A DNA stretch of 60,474 nt from the NCBI GenBank assembly GCA_002269645.1, contig NIVC01003299.1, positions 1-60,474 of the forward strand. The letters are read 5' to 3'. The position numbers were made by a program, and so were the translations under genes. The first letter of the stretch is position 1. Every line of letters begins with the position of its first letter. Origin of the DNA: Macrostomum lignano. Lineage: Eukaryota. Positions 12,481 to 25,124 of this stretch are shown one piece after another. Under the pieces are notes generated by a model. The model searched no databases and was not told the DNA's origin. It saw nothing but the letters and a program-made list of their open reading frames with translations.

Positions 12481-13410
12481 GACGTGGGACATGGGTCAGC
12501 GATCTGGGATTAATTTGATTAGGAGAGGACCGGCACGCAGCCATGAAATAAAAATCTGCTTTCCATTAACACCAGGCTCAAGTTCTGTCTGCATATTTAT
12601 TATTGGATGAAGAATTAAACCCTTTCCACGTTGTTTATCACTTGTCAAATGCGCATTGAGTCCTGAAATGAGTTCCTTCAAGTTTTATAGGAAACCAGCG
12701 GAAAACATTCTCGATAAGACAGATTGCTGCACCAGCACTGCGGAAGGTCAGAACCAAATTTTCTTCATTCCTGACGCTGACAGTAGCTGCGGCAGACGCA
12801 GCAAGGACAAAACCAAAACGCAACAGTCAATTTCCATGACAAACGAGACCAGAAAAGAATATACGAGTTAACAGAAGACAGTACAGAAAAATGCAACAAC
12901 TTGCTGATCCAGATCCGGGGCAAAGTTCGAAATGTGATACGCACTGTCGCGCGGGCTTTTGTTGATCATGTGACAAAAACAGGAAACTCTTAAGTTGACT
13001 GACTTAGTCCTAAAGTCATCTAAGTTTTAAGTCCAGTTCAAGGTATAATTTCACAAACGCTTTTTACAAACGCTTTAAAAGATCTTGCTTTGTACTTATT
13101 GGCCCAATTTTTGTTAAATTTAGTGTTTTTCATTGAATAATAAATACGGTTAGTTAAGTAAAGCTTACTTGACCTGGGCTTGGTAAAGCGAGGAGGAGAA
13201 GGGCCATGGCGGAGGGGGGTGGGTGGTGGGGCCTGGCCGTCTCCTCGCCTGCAATTGGCTGGTGAGGCTCTAGATTGAAAAAGCTTTTAGGATTGAGGTT
13301 GGGGTGGTGGGTGTCCTGTTTAAAATGCTATTAAACCCAGACCTAACCCTCCGCGTAGGCCTTTAGCATTCATTCCTTGATTATAAAACCAATTCAACCG
13401 GTCTTGCGTC

Positions 13411-13541
13411 TATCTAAATTAGTTTAGTAATTCCTTGATAATAAACCACTTTGACTGGACTGCTAACTTATCTAAATTAGTTTAGTAATTCCTTGATAAT
13501 AAAACACTTTGACCGGACTGCTAACTTATCTAAATTAGTTT
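13411..13541. repeat. 58-bp tandem repeat (2.3 copies) ending 6 nt before the ATG at 13548
   Basis: TATCTAAATTAGTTT recurs at 13411, 13469 and 13527. Confidence 0.92.
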
Positions 13542-13547
13542 ATCAAA

Positions 13548-14489
13548 ATGGCAATGGGACTAAGCCTTTGTCTGACGTGCTTGCTCACCGCAATCTTAAT
13601 GTCGCTGCTGACAGAAGCGGGCTCAATGCCAACTGAGATAGACTGCTCAAGATATAAAAGTCAATACACCAACTCGCATATCGGCGCATTCAGAGCCCTG
13701 GCCGAGGCCGACTTGGTCATAGAATCCAAATCGATGACAATCAACGTGGACTCTAACAGCAGAGAAGAGATCAATGTTCAACTGAACTGCTCGCTGAAGG
13801 GCGATCCCCGCCAGGATCAGCTGCTTGTTCGCCTGCTGCACAGCGGCACTCGATGCGTTGATGCGGAAGCTCTCGGCACAGTGACTACCAATAATCCCAA
13901 CAGCAGATTTGTGTTCGCGCTAAGCCGCCGCCGGAGCCGCCCAGCCGGTTGGGATCTACTTGACGGTGGTCTGTTCTCTGCCGAAGATTTCTACAAGCTA
14001 TTCAACGGCAACGGCTGCAATGCAACAGACCTCACATCGATTTACAGCGGTACCTGTCGTACAGCATCAGAGAGTACAGCGAGCCAATGCTTTACATTCA
14101 AATTAATCGTGACGAGCCTGAAGATGAAGGAGAAGCAGCCGTACATTAGTTCCGCTTCCGAGTCGGATAGTGCTCAGGCTGAGCAGGCGGACAAGGAGCC
14201 GCTCCAGCCGCCGCCGTCGCAGAAGCCATCTGGGGAGCCGCCAACAAACTCGACCAAGGTTCAGCAGCAGCAGCAGCAGCAGGAGCAACACCAGCAAGAT
14301 TCTGGCATGCTGGCCAGCGACCAGCCCTCTGCCTCGGCGGCTAAGAAATTCGGCGAAGAGCAGCAGCAGCTTCTTGGTGCCGATGCTGACGGCCACAACG
14401 GCAAGGGCAGCGCTGGCCGAGTCCCGGCTGGGATGGCGGCCATCTTCGGGCTGACCTTCGTATGTACCGCCGCAATCTTGGTGTCTTAG
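13548..14489 (+). CDS. Secreted, probably GPI-anchored protein (313 aa) with a Cys-containing NtA/TIMP-like N-domain and low-complexity stalk
   Basis: Signal peptide MAMGLSLCLTCLLTAILMSLLTEAGS; six Cys in the mature N-domain; AEADLVIESK...VQLNCSLKG pattern; S/Q/E/P stalk; small-residue omega region followed by a terminal hydrophobic tail with no cytosolic part. Confidence 0.85.
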   Translation: MAMGLSLCLTCLLTAILMSLLTEAGSMPTEIDCSRYKSQYTNSHIGAFRALAEADLVIESKSMTINVDSNSREEINVQLNCSLKGDPRQDQLLVRLLHSGTRCVDAEALGTVTTNNPNSRFVFALSRRRSRPAGWDLLDGGLFSAEDFYKLFNGNGCNATDLTSIYSGTCRTASESTASQCFTFKLIVTSLKMKEKQPYISSASESDSAQAEQADKEPLQPPPSQKPSGEPPTNSTKVQQQQQQQEQHQQDSGMLASDQPSASAAKKFGEEQQQLLGADADGHNGKGSAGRVPAGMAAIFGLTFVCTAAILVS

Positions 14490-14754
14490 TGTACTTTATA
14501 ATAGTAAACCTCTTCATTGAGCAAATAGCCGGGTTAGCTACCCAATTTTTGGGTGGAACTGTCTTGAAATCTTAACAAAAACTGAGCCGCACTTCTCTTT
14601 TTTATTGTTTTTGCTTGTCTGCTTCAGTTTTTTACTTAATTCCTGATTCCTTTGAATTGGCGACACTGCGCGTTGATTAGTCAATGTGTTTTAGTAAATC
14701 ATCGCTTCACGACTGCAGCGGCGCGGCCCCTCATGCTCGTACACTTACTCATCT

Positions 14755-15310
14755 CAATTTCTCATCTCTCTCCCTTACCCTAGATCCCTCCCTGGCTCTC
14801 TCCCCATCTCTTTCCCTTCATCTCACCCTAGATCCCTCCCTGACTCTCTCCTTATCTTTTTCCCTTCATCTCACCCTAGATCCCTCCCTGACTCTCTCCC
14901 CATCTCTTTCCCTTCATCTCACCCTAGATCCCTCCCTGACTCTCTCCTTATCTTTTTCCCTTCATCTCACCATAGATCCCTCCCTGGCTCTCTCCCCATC
15001 TCTTTCCCTTCACCTCACCCTAGATCTCTCCCTGACTCTCCAAGTATCTCTTTCCCTTCCCCTCAACCTCTAAACTAAAGATCTCTCCTCATATCTCTCC
15101 CTTCATCTCTCGTCTACATGATACCTCTCTCCTCATCTCGATTTATCTCACCCCCTATATCTCTCCTCATATCACTCCTTTCATCTCCCCACCCTACCTG
15201 ACCCCTCTCTTCTCATATCTCTCCCTTCATCTCCCCCTAAATGATCCCTCTCTCTTGATATCTCTCCCCCCATCTCCCCCTACATGATCCCCTCTCTCCT
15301 CGTCTCTCCC
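14755..15310. repeat. CT-rich minisatellite (48-bp unit, decaying to the right)
   Basis: TCTCTCCCCATCTCTTTCCCTTCATCTCACCCTAGATCCCTCCCTGAC repeated about 5 times. Confidence 0.9.
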
Positions 15311-16014
15311 TTCACCCCCCATTGTCTAATTATCTCATTTTTCTATATAACCCGAAGTAAAAGTCTGCACCTACCTCTACCGTTACTCGTAAAGCTAGTT
15401 GTCTACTTTTCATCTTTGGAGCCTGGCTACCTGGCCACGTGGTTTATTTACCTGGGTTACGCTATCTGGTTACCTAGGAAGGCGATTTGCTCACAACAGT
15501 TTTTAACATTAAGTATTGTCTCTAAGTTTTTTGTTAATCGCTTGTTTTTTACAGAATTAATTGTATCTATCTACTCAACATTTTTCCCAAACCTATTTAC
15601 TTAATCCTCTCGAACTCATAATCCATTAATTAGTATAGGTAATTATTAGGAAGTAATCAACTAGTGGTGCTTAAATATGAGTATTCGGCTGTACTTGCAT
15701 GCCTCGGGTGAGTCTGCTCAGGTGATTCGATAATTATAGCCAGATAAACATGTTTCTATTGTGTTTGCGTAACCTCCTCATGTTTGTGTTTATTTAGCGT
15801 TTAAAATTATTAAAGTTTTTGTAAGTCTTACTTCTGCTTCATCTGCTTTTTAACAACAAATATTTCGCTTTTGTCAAAAAAGTAATTTTCACACTTTATT
15901 CCGTTTGTGCTCTAATAAATTTTGTTTTATAAAAATTCACTTCATAAATTCTTTACTGGGTTTTTTGATTGCTTCTTTTGCACCAGCACTTTGCATTTAG
16001 GTCAACTGTTAGAT

Positions 16015-16870
16015 TGCATTCTCTCCGCTCTCCCTTCATCTCTCCGCTCTCGCTTCATCTCTCCGCTCTCCCTTCATCTCTCCGCTCTCCCTTCATCTCT
16101 CCGCTCTCGCTTCATCTCTCCGCTCTCCCTTCATCTCTCCGCTCTCGCTTCATCTCTCCGCTCTCCCTTCATCTCTCCGCTCTCCTTTCATCTCTCCGCT
16201 CTCCCTTCATCTCTATGCTCTCCCTTCATCTCTATGCTCTCCCTTTATCTCTCCGCTCTCCCTTTATCTCTCCGCTCTCCCTTCATCTCTCCGCTCTCCC
16301 TTTATCTCCCCTCTTTCCCTTCATCACTCCGCTCTCCCTTCATCGCTCTGCTCTCCCTTCATCTCTCCGTTCTCCCTTCATCTCTCCGTTCTCCCTTCAT
16401 CTCTCCGCTCTTCCTTCTTCTATCCACTCTCCCTTCATCTGTCCACTCTCCCCTTCATCTCTCCGCACTCCCTTCATCTCTCCGCTCTCCCTTCATTTCT
16501 CCGTTCTGCATTCATCTCTCCACCTTCATCTCTGCGCTCACCCTTCATCTCTCCACTCTCCCTTCATCTCTTCGCACTCCCTTCATCTCCCTTCATCCCT
16601 CCGTTCTCCCTTCATCTCTCCGTTCTCCCTTCATCTCTCCGCTCTCCCTTCTTCTGTCCACTCTCCTTCATCTCTCCGCTCTCCCTTCATCTCTCCGTTC
16701 TCCCTTCATCTCTCCGCTCTCCTTTCATCTCTCCGCTCTCCCTTCATCTCTCCGCTCTCCCTTCATCTGTCCACTCTCCCTTCATCTCTCCGCTCTCCTT
16801 TCATTTATCTGCTTTTCCGTTTTTACCCTCCTCATTCTCCACTCCATCTCTCACCTCTTCATCCGCTCTT
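16015..16870. repeat. 19-bp pyrimidine minisatellite (CTCTCCGCTCTCCCTTCAT)n
   Basis: Direct reading. Confidence 0.93.
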
Positions 16871-17419
16871 CTCTCTTCTTTCTTCACTGGAAGTGAAGTA
16901 AAATGTTGCAAAAAAACTTCGTAAAAAATAAGTACATCAATCACGTGACCCATACAGGATTGCACACAAAACAATGAAGCATAAGTGAGTCAACACAATT
17001 GATTTGTTGCAGATATTCGGTACATTTTAGCACTACAATTCGTTCCACCAGACGCGCAGGAGTGAGAGCCAATGGCATTCCAATTGGATACATATAATTA
17101 GGGCAGCTCACATCTGTTTGCATTCGCTTGCTATCTTGGAATCTCTTGGAGTGTCGACTTTCCGTTCCCACGGACTCTTTTTGGGAGGAGTTATCTTTGA
17201 CTGAATGCATGGCTGCCTGTGCAGATCGGGTTTCTGTACCCCCCCCCCATACCAAGGATTCCATATAGTGAGTGAGTGCGATTCTAATTACACTCTTGGG
17301 TACTTTATTGAATACTGGATTGTCTCATGAGTGTGGCAACAGCGCTTGCTGGTCTTGCATTCATTCATGGATAGCTTGAACCCTAAACTGCAGAGATTCA
17401 CACTAGCGATCTGCTCTGT

Positions 17420-17985
17420 GTCCTGCACACTGCTGCACACTGCCTGCACACTGCCGGCACACTGCCTGCACACTGCCTGCACACTGCTGCACACTGCTGC
17501 ACACTGCCTGCACACTGCCTGCACACTCCTGCACACTGCCTGCACACTGTCTGCACACTGCCTGCACACTGCCTGCACACTGCCTGCACACTGCCTGCAC
17601 ACTGCCTGCACACTGCCGGCACACTGCCTGCACACTGCCCCTGCACACTGCCTGCACACTGCCTGCACACTGCCTGCACACTGCCTGCACACTCCTGCAC
17701 ACTGCCTGCACACTGTCTGCACACTGCCTGCACACTGCTGCACACTGCTGCACACTGTCTGCACACTGCCCCTGCACACTGCCTGCACACTGCCTGCACA
17801 CTGCCTGCACACTCCTGCACACTGCCTGCACACTGTCTGCACACTGCCCCTGCACACTGCCTGCACACTGCCTGCACACTGCCTGCACACTGCCTGCTCA
17901 CTGCCTGCACACTGCCTGCACACTGCCTGCACACTGCCTGCACACTGCCTGCACACTGTCTGCACACTGCCCCTGCACACTCTAC
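17420..17985. repeat. 11-bp minisatellite (CACACTGCCTG)n
   Basis: Direct reading. Confidence 0.95.
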
Positions 17986-18724
17986 CGCACACGGTCCCTG
18001 GACAATGAAAATGTCTGAACTCTGCAACTCCCCGCTTCCTAGCTAAGCACTGAAAACGTTTCAGCAAATGGCAGTGTGTACATTGGCTCTATAAGCTCTG
18101 TGTGGCAAAATGAAATTGGCACTTGTTTATGTTGATTTTTCTGAATAAAAGACTGTCTTTTCAGCAGAAGGAAAGAGACTGCTGCTGCTGCTGCTTTCGT
18201 CTCCAAACAGGGGAAAAAAGCAGATCTTTAGCAAGAGACTCCTTTGGAAAATTGGAGGCGCGGAAAGATGTTTTTAACATTCAGCTATTTTTTTCACTCT
18301 CCACTTTTCTGGCAATGTTGATGAAAGACGTCGGTACCAATGGCCTGGGCTGCCCTGGGCTGGGAAAGATCGGCCTCGTGAACGAAATTTAGCAGATTTA
18401 GCGACTCCACCCACACAAACTGTTACAAAAAGCAGAAATCTGCAGCCAAGGGAACCATATGATGCGCGCCACGAGAGAGCGGCACGAAAAATGGCAAATG
18501 GCTACGCAAGGGAAGTGCTTCACTCGCGACCATGGGTTTTCGCAAACTGATTTAAGCTGAAGAAACCCATGAGCAGCAACAACAAAGACAAAAACACGCA
18601 GCAATAAACAACATAAAAAAGCAAACCGTGCAACCCTGAAAAGCCAAAAGTTAAGCGGTCAGGGAGCTAAAGAAGAACTCTCTCCGCCAATGGTGTCCTG
18701 TGTTTAGGTGCTTAGAGCTTAAGA

Positions 18725-20210
18725 GAGGTGAGAGCGGGGCCTGCATGCACTGAGGAAACCTATGCGGGAGAGGTGAAGCGCGAGCCTGCATGCACTGAGG
18801 AAACCTATGCGGGAGAGGTGAAGCGCGGGACCTGCATGCACTGAGGAAACTTATGCGGGAGAGGTGAAGAGAGGGGCCTGCACTGAGGAAACCTATGCGG
18901 GAGAGGTGAAGAGCGGGGCCTGCATGCACTGAGGAAACCTATGCGGGAGAGGTGAAGCGCGGGGCCTGCATGCACTGAGGAAACCTATGCGGGAGAGGTG
19001 AAGCGCGGGGCCTGCATGCACTGAGGAAACCTATGCGGGAGAGGTGAAGCGCGGGGCCTGCATGCACTGAGGAAACCTATGCGGGAGAGGTGAAGCGCGG
19101 GGCCTGCATGCACTGAGGAAACCTATGCGGGAGAGGTGAAGCGCGGGGCCTGCATGCACTGAGGAAACCTATGCGGGAGAGGTGAAGAGCGGGGCCTGCA
19201 TGCACTGAGGAAACCTATGCGGGAGAGGTGAAGCGCGGGGCCTGCATGCACTGAGGAAACCTATGCGGGAGAGGTGAAGCACGGGGCCTGCATGCACTGA
19301 GGAAACCTATGCGGGAGAGGTGAAGCACGGGGCCTGCACTGAGGAAACCTATGCGGGAGAGGTGAAGCGCGGGGCCTGCACTGAGGAAACCTATGCGGGA
19401 GAGGTGAAGCGCGGGGCCTGCACTGAGGAAACCTATGCGGGAGAGGTGAAGCGCGGGGCCTGCATGCACTGAGGAAACCTATGCGGGAGAGGTGAAGAGC
19501 GGGGCCTGCATGCATTGAGGAAACCTATGCGGGAGAGGTGAAGAGCGGGGCCTGCATGCACTGAGGAAACCTATGCGGGAGAGGTGAAGAGCGGGGCCTG
19601 CATGCACTGAGGAAACCTATGCGGGAGAGGTGAAGAGCGGGGCCTGCATGCACTGAGGAAACCTATGCGGGAGAGGTGAAGAGCGGGGCCTGCACTGAGG
19701 AAACCTATGCGGGAGAGGTGAAGAGCGGGGCCTGCATGCACTGAGGAAACCTATGCGGGAGAGGTGAAGAGCGGGGCATGCACTGAGGAAACCTATGCGG
19801 GAGAGGTGAAGAGCGGGGCATGCACTGAGGAAACCTATGCGGGAGAGGTGAAGAGCGGGGCATGCACTGAGGAAACCTATGCGGGAGAGGTGAAGAGTTG
19901 GGCCTGCACTGAGGAAACCTATGCGGGAGAGGTGAAGAGCGGGGCATGCACTGAGGAAACCTATGCGGGAGAGGTGAAGAGTGGGGCATGCACTGAGGAA
20001 ACCTATGCGGGAGAGGTGAAGAGCGGGGCATGCACTGAGGAAACCTATGCGGGAGAGGTGAAGAGCAGGGCATGCACTGAGGAAACCTATGCGGGAGAGG
20101 TGAAGAGTGGGGCCTGCATACACTGAGGAAACCTATGCGGGAGAGGTGAAGAGCGGGGCCTGCACTGAGGAAACCTATGCGGGAGAGGTGAAGCGCGGGG
20201 CCTGCACTGA
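18725..20210. repeat. 42/46-bp minisatellite (GCACTGAGGAAACCTATGCGGGAGAGGTGAAGMGCGGGGCCTGCAT)n
   Basis: About 33 near-identical copies. Confidence 0.97.
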
Positions 20211-21074
20211 CCTGAACCAATTCTAAATTGAGAAAAGGGTCAGACCTGCTTTAGAGAAGGATGGGAAGAGGCGCTTTCTCTAAAAGTTGTAAAATTTGTC
20301 AGCCTTCAAACCTGAATTTGATCTCAAATCAGACTGACAGTTAATATCTAGCAGCAGCAGAAACCAGCAATCCTGTTTCCGTTGACTGGAGCCACCCGCC
20401 AGGGGTTGCCAGCAAGTGGCTGACTCATCGGTCCATGTGGCCTAGGAGAAGAAGAAAGAAAAGAAGATTCTGCAGCAGCAGCAGCAGATGGAGAAAGTTG
20501 TGGCGCAGAAGACACGCGTCAATTTCCGGGTCGGGGCGTGCGATGGAGAAAGTGAAGCTGTGAGTCAATAGGTCGGAGCTGCGCGATCTGAAATTCATTT
20601 CATTCTTTCTAGGAAAATATGGGACACTCTGCCCCTCGCCGTGCACCAAATCGATCGCCGCATATTGATCTTGAGCAAGTGGGCAGGTCTGAGGGTGAGA
20701 TAAAACTTTGTGCGGCTCGATTCGAATTTCTTTAATCTGATGTTCGGCGGGATTACCCTGCTAGAGATTATGCAACGGCATCGAGCGGATTAGGCCGTCA
20801 GTGGATTAGCGCGAATCGCGGAACTTCTCCCGCCCCTCTCCTCCCCCATTCAGTTTAATCCGAGGTTAATTAGCTCGCCCGCATGCTCACTTTAATCCTA
20901 TTATTGTCTAATTATCGCGGCAGGCTCAGGATGCTGGTAAGCCGTCCGGTCCCAGGTTCGGCTTAGCGGAATTTGGGCGATGAGGAGCTTCTTTTGAAGG
21001 TCCTATGCTCGAGTCTCATTTTGGTTGGCATGTCACGTTATAGTGTCAGGATGCTGTACAAAGCATGATGTTTG

Positions 21075-21195
21075 TTGTAAACTACACCAAGAAAATTGTA
21101 AACTACACTAAGAATGCTGTAAACTACATCAAGAATACTGTAAACTACACCAAGAATGCTGTAAACTACATCAAGAATGCGGTAAACTACATCAA
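21075..21195. repeat. 21-bp repeat (GTAAACTACACCAAGAATGCT)n
   Basis: 5-6 copies. Confidence 0.9.
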
Positions 21196-21318
21196 TTTAG
21201 TTTGCGGAATGGGGAGCAATGCCTCTCGCCGGTTGTGTGACAATGTCGCTTAAAGTATGCCAGGGTGCACAGAAGCACCGCCTCTAAAAAATGCTGTAAA
21301 CTAAATTGTACAGAAATA

Positions 21319-21872
21319 TCCCAGAAATAGCGGGAAAAACCGGTACAGAAGCTGACTGTTATATTCGAATTTGATGCAACTTGCGTCATAAGTAGAAAAA
21401 TATCCAACGGTTGTTTTGCTTTTTAAATGGGGTAAAAATGTCAATTCATTCAAAAGTTATGCCTATAAATAAATAGAACAAGGGGTAGGGGGTAGAGTTA
21501 CACCAAGTCGAGGGGTCTGCAAAGTCGGTCACGCAGCATCGCCATCGCCCTTGCCTGATGAATTTTCGACGAAGTCACCCCTCAGCCTGCAGCCTGCAGC
21601 TGTTCTGCTTCTGCTTCTGCTTCAGATTATCTTCTGCTTTTTTGAGGGCTTATGTGCTTTTGTTTCTCTTCAGCTTCTTCGTTTGCCTTTGTTTTCGAAT
21701 CGATGGCTCTGACTAAGCATCAAGTTTAGTCTATGGCCAGCATAGTAGGCTCGACTTGGTGTAACTCTACCCCCTACCCCTTGTTCTATTTATAGGCATA
21801 ACTTTGACTTTAAAAATCAAATTCGAATATCACAGTCAGCTTCTGTACCGGTTTTTCCCGCTATTTCTGGGA
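21319..21872. mobile_element. Foldback/MITE-like element with long inverted arms
   Basis: 21319-21375 is the reverse complement of ~21817-21872, and 21451-21512 of 21750-21806; ~240-bp non-repeated core; no clear target-site duplication. Confidence 0.65.
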
Positions 21873-23264
21873 CAACCCTCGTACATATAATTACATATTA
21901 TGTTACACAATGCACTAAAATCACTCTACTAAGAAGCAGCTTCCGTCAAATTGAATTAAAGAGAAACGACTTGAAATGAGTCTAAAAGCAAAAATTGAAA
22001 CACAGAGTGGGAGATGTATGAATTAGAAAGAAGAAAAACAAGCTCTCATCGGTCCACTGAAGCCGGACTCGAAATTGCTGCATAATTTATCGCACTGCCT
22101 TGCTCTCTCACGGGAGACGACACGGAACGGCAGTTGGGATTTCAGCGACTCTCTCAGCTCTGCAGCAGCTCCTTGTCCTGTTTCAATCGATCAAATTTGC
22201 CTCTTCCCAAGGCTTCCTTCCCTGGCTGGACGGCCGCTCGCTCCTTTGCAGTTTCTCCTCATTTCTGCGACCTCTCCTCTAGGGGAGAGAAAAGAAGGCG
22301 AGGTAAAGGAGCAGGGAGAGAGGAGCCCGAGGAAATGACGCAACAGCATTTTTTTCTTGGACGCAAGAAGCAGCAGACTGTCGCTGACAAGTGGAGAGGG
22401 GAGCAGAGAGTATTAAGGGTGGGGTTGAGAACAGCAGCAGGACCCAAGTCTAGGTGTAAGCCATATTCCAGACTGAAGTGGGGCCACCTCGATGATGTGG
22501 CAGAGGCTTATGAGCGAGAGAATTCCCGGACACTCTCGGACAGTGGGGAAGACTGACATTTCAGTTGAAATTTAAAAGTTAAATGGCGCCCAGCACAGGA
22601 ACAGGTGGTGACAGAGACAACTGTTGATTCACGAAAGCGATGGCCACAGGGATGGGTACTGGGGAAGAGGATCTCCACGTTCATGTTTTTAGGGAAGAAG
22701 TCCCTCCAAGGGAGGGACAGGCGTTTGAGGTCGATAGCGATGGACCAATTAGGGGGGGGGGGACAACACGCGAGGCTCGGAGGAAAAACAAGTCGTCAGG
22801 TCCGGATAGCATGCGGTTACGTAATCAGGAGGAGGGGAGATGGGAGACGAAAAAAGCGACTAGCTGCAGGTGATCAACAGCTAATACAGTTCAGGCCAAC
22901 GACTGGGGCACAGAAGTCGATGGTTCGAATCTCTGATTTCTTCTAGCTGGGCTCAGCAAGTCAGCCAAGCAAAAAAGGCCCGACTCGACTCATTGATGAG
23001 GTTTGCCAAAGTTTTGATGAATCGCGGTTAGAAAGGGAAGTTATGTGCATGAGTCACGTGAATGTGAGCTCGACCGGAACCGGGGAGAGGACAATGAGGG
23101 GAAGGGATGGGAGAAGTGAAGGCAGAGAAGGGAGGGACAATAAGGCTCTTATTAGCCTCATTAGCGCCCAACAACTTGTCACACACAACATGTTGCAGCA
23201 TGTTGCCAACCCTAAAGCATCGGATTAATGAGTGCTGCATCAAGCATTGAGATGGAATCTACTT

Positions 23265-23405
23265 TGGTGAGTGATCTATCTATTCTGAAAATGATCTACT
23301 GACTCTGGGAGTGATCTAACTGCTCTGGGAGTGATCTACTGACTCTGGGAGTGATCTAACTGCTCTGGGAGTGATCTATCTACTCTGGGAGTGATCTATC
23401 TACTC
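23265..23405. repeat. 20-bp repeat (GGGAGTGATCTAACTGCTCT)n
   Basis: About 6 copies. Confidence 0.85.
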
Positions 23406-23451
23406 CAATCATTATTGATAAAATTAAGAAAATTATACAATCAATTAGAGT

Positions 23452-24850
23452 AAAATAGAGTGAGACAGAGTGAGACATAATGAGACAGAGTAAGACACCA
23501 TGAGATAGAGTGAGACACAATGATACAGAGTGAGACACAATGAGACAGGGTGAGACACAATGAGACAGAGTAAGACACAATGAGACAGAGTAAGACACAA
23601 TGAGACAGAGTAAGACACAATGAGACAGAGTAAGACACAATGAGACAGAGTAAGACACAATGAGACAGAGTAAGACACAATGAGACAGAGTAAGACACAA
23701 TGAGACAGGGTGAGACACAATGAGACAGGGTCAGACACAATGAGACAGGGTGAAACACCATAAGACAGAGTGAGACACAATGAGACAGAGTGAGACACAA
23801 TGAGACAGAGTAAGACACAATGAGACAGAGTGAGACACAATGAGACAGAGTAAGACACAATGAGACAGGGTGAGACACAATGAGACAGAGTAAGACACAA
23901 TGAGACAGAGTAAGACACAATGAGACAGAGTAAGACACAATGAGACAGAGTAAGACACAATGAGACAGAGTAAGACACAATGAGACAGAGTGAGACACCA
24001 TGAGACAGGGTGAGACACAATGAGACAGGGTGAGACACAATGAGACAGGGTGAGACACAATGAGACAGGGTGAGACACAATGAGACAGGGTGAAACACCA
24101 TAAGACAGAGTAAGACACAATGAGACAGAGTGAGACACAATGAGACAGAGTAAGACACAATGAGACAGAGTAAGACACAATGAGACAGAGTGAGACACCA
24201 TGAGACAGGGTGAGACACAATGAGACAGGGTGAGACACAATGAGACAGGGTGAAACACCATAAGACAGAGTAAGACACAATGAGACAGAGTGAGACACAA
24301 TGAGACAGAGTAAGACACAATGAGACAGAGTAAGACACAATGAGACAGAGTAAGACACAATGAGACAGGGTGAGACACAATGAGACAGGGTCAGACACAA
24401 TGAGACAGGGTGAAACACCATAAGACAGAGTGAGACACAATGAGACAGAGTGAGACACAATGAGACAGAGTAAGACACAATGAGACAGAGTAAGACACAA
24501 TGAGACAGGGTGAGACACAATGAGACAGGGTGAGACACAATGAGACAGGGTGAAACACCATAAGACAGAGTAAGACACAATGAGACAGAGTGAGACACAA
24601 TGAGACAGAGTAAGACACAATGAGACAGAGAAAGACACAATGAGACAGAGTGAGACACAATGAGACAGGGTGAGACACAATGAGACAGGGTGAGACACAA
24701 TGAGACAGAGTATGACACAATGAGACAGAGTGAGACACAATGAGACAGAGTAAGACACAATGAGACAGGGTGAAACACCATAAGACAGAGTGAGACACAA
24801 TGAGACAGAATGAGACACCATGAGACAGAGTGAGACACAATGAGACAGTA
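23452..24850. repeat. 20-bp satellite (TGAGACAGAGTRAGACACAA)n built from 10-bp subunits
   Basis: About 70 copies held in exact register. Confidence 0.97.
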
Positions 24851-25124
24851 TCATTGCCAGAGACAGAGCATCATTAAGTTGTTATCGGTCTGTTTTCAGA
24901 TTTTGCACTAGAACTCAAGCAGTGTTAAATGCATATTGATGTAAAATATGCTTATTTGTTTCTGTTGTTGCTTAGTATGAATACTGACTGCTGACCGCTA
25001 ATTAAATATTAATGAGTGTGTCTCACGGCAGCTAAATTTTTAACTCCAGCTCTTTGAAATGTACATTTCCGTTGCATAAATATCTTCTATGAACATCAAT
25101 TTATTCGTAACCCTGAGCTGTCGC

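Noticed and set aside
18725-20210. CRISPR-like appearance of regular 34-46-bp repeats here and at 26930 and 29045
   Set aside because: Head-to-tail units without unique spacers, no cas genes, eukaryotic context
15922-20220. 200-320 aa S/L/P-rich, Cys-rich and EETYAGEV-repeat ORFs
   Set aside because: All coincide with 19-, 11- and 42/46-bp arrays
20445-20575. Possible orphan exon (EKKKEKKILQQQQQQMEK...) ending at GTGAGT
   Set aside because: No polypyrimidine tract at the putative acceptor, no partner exons, no recognisable homology
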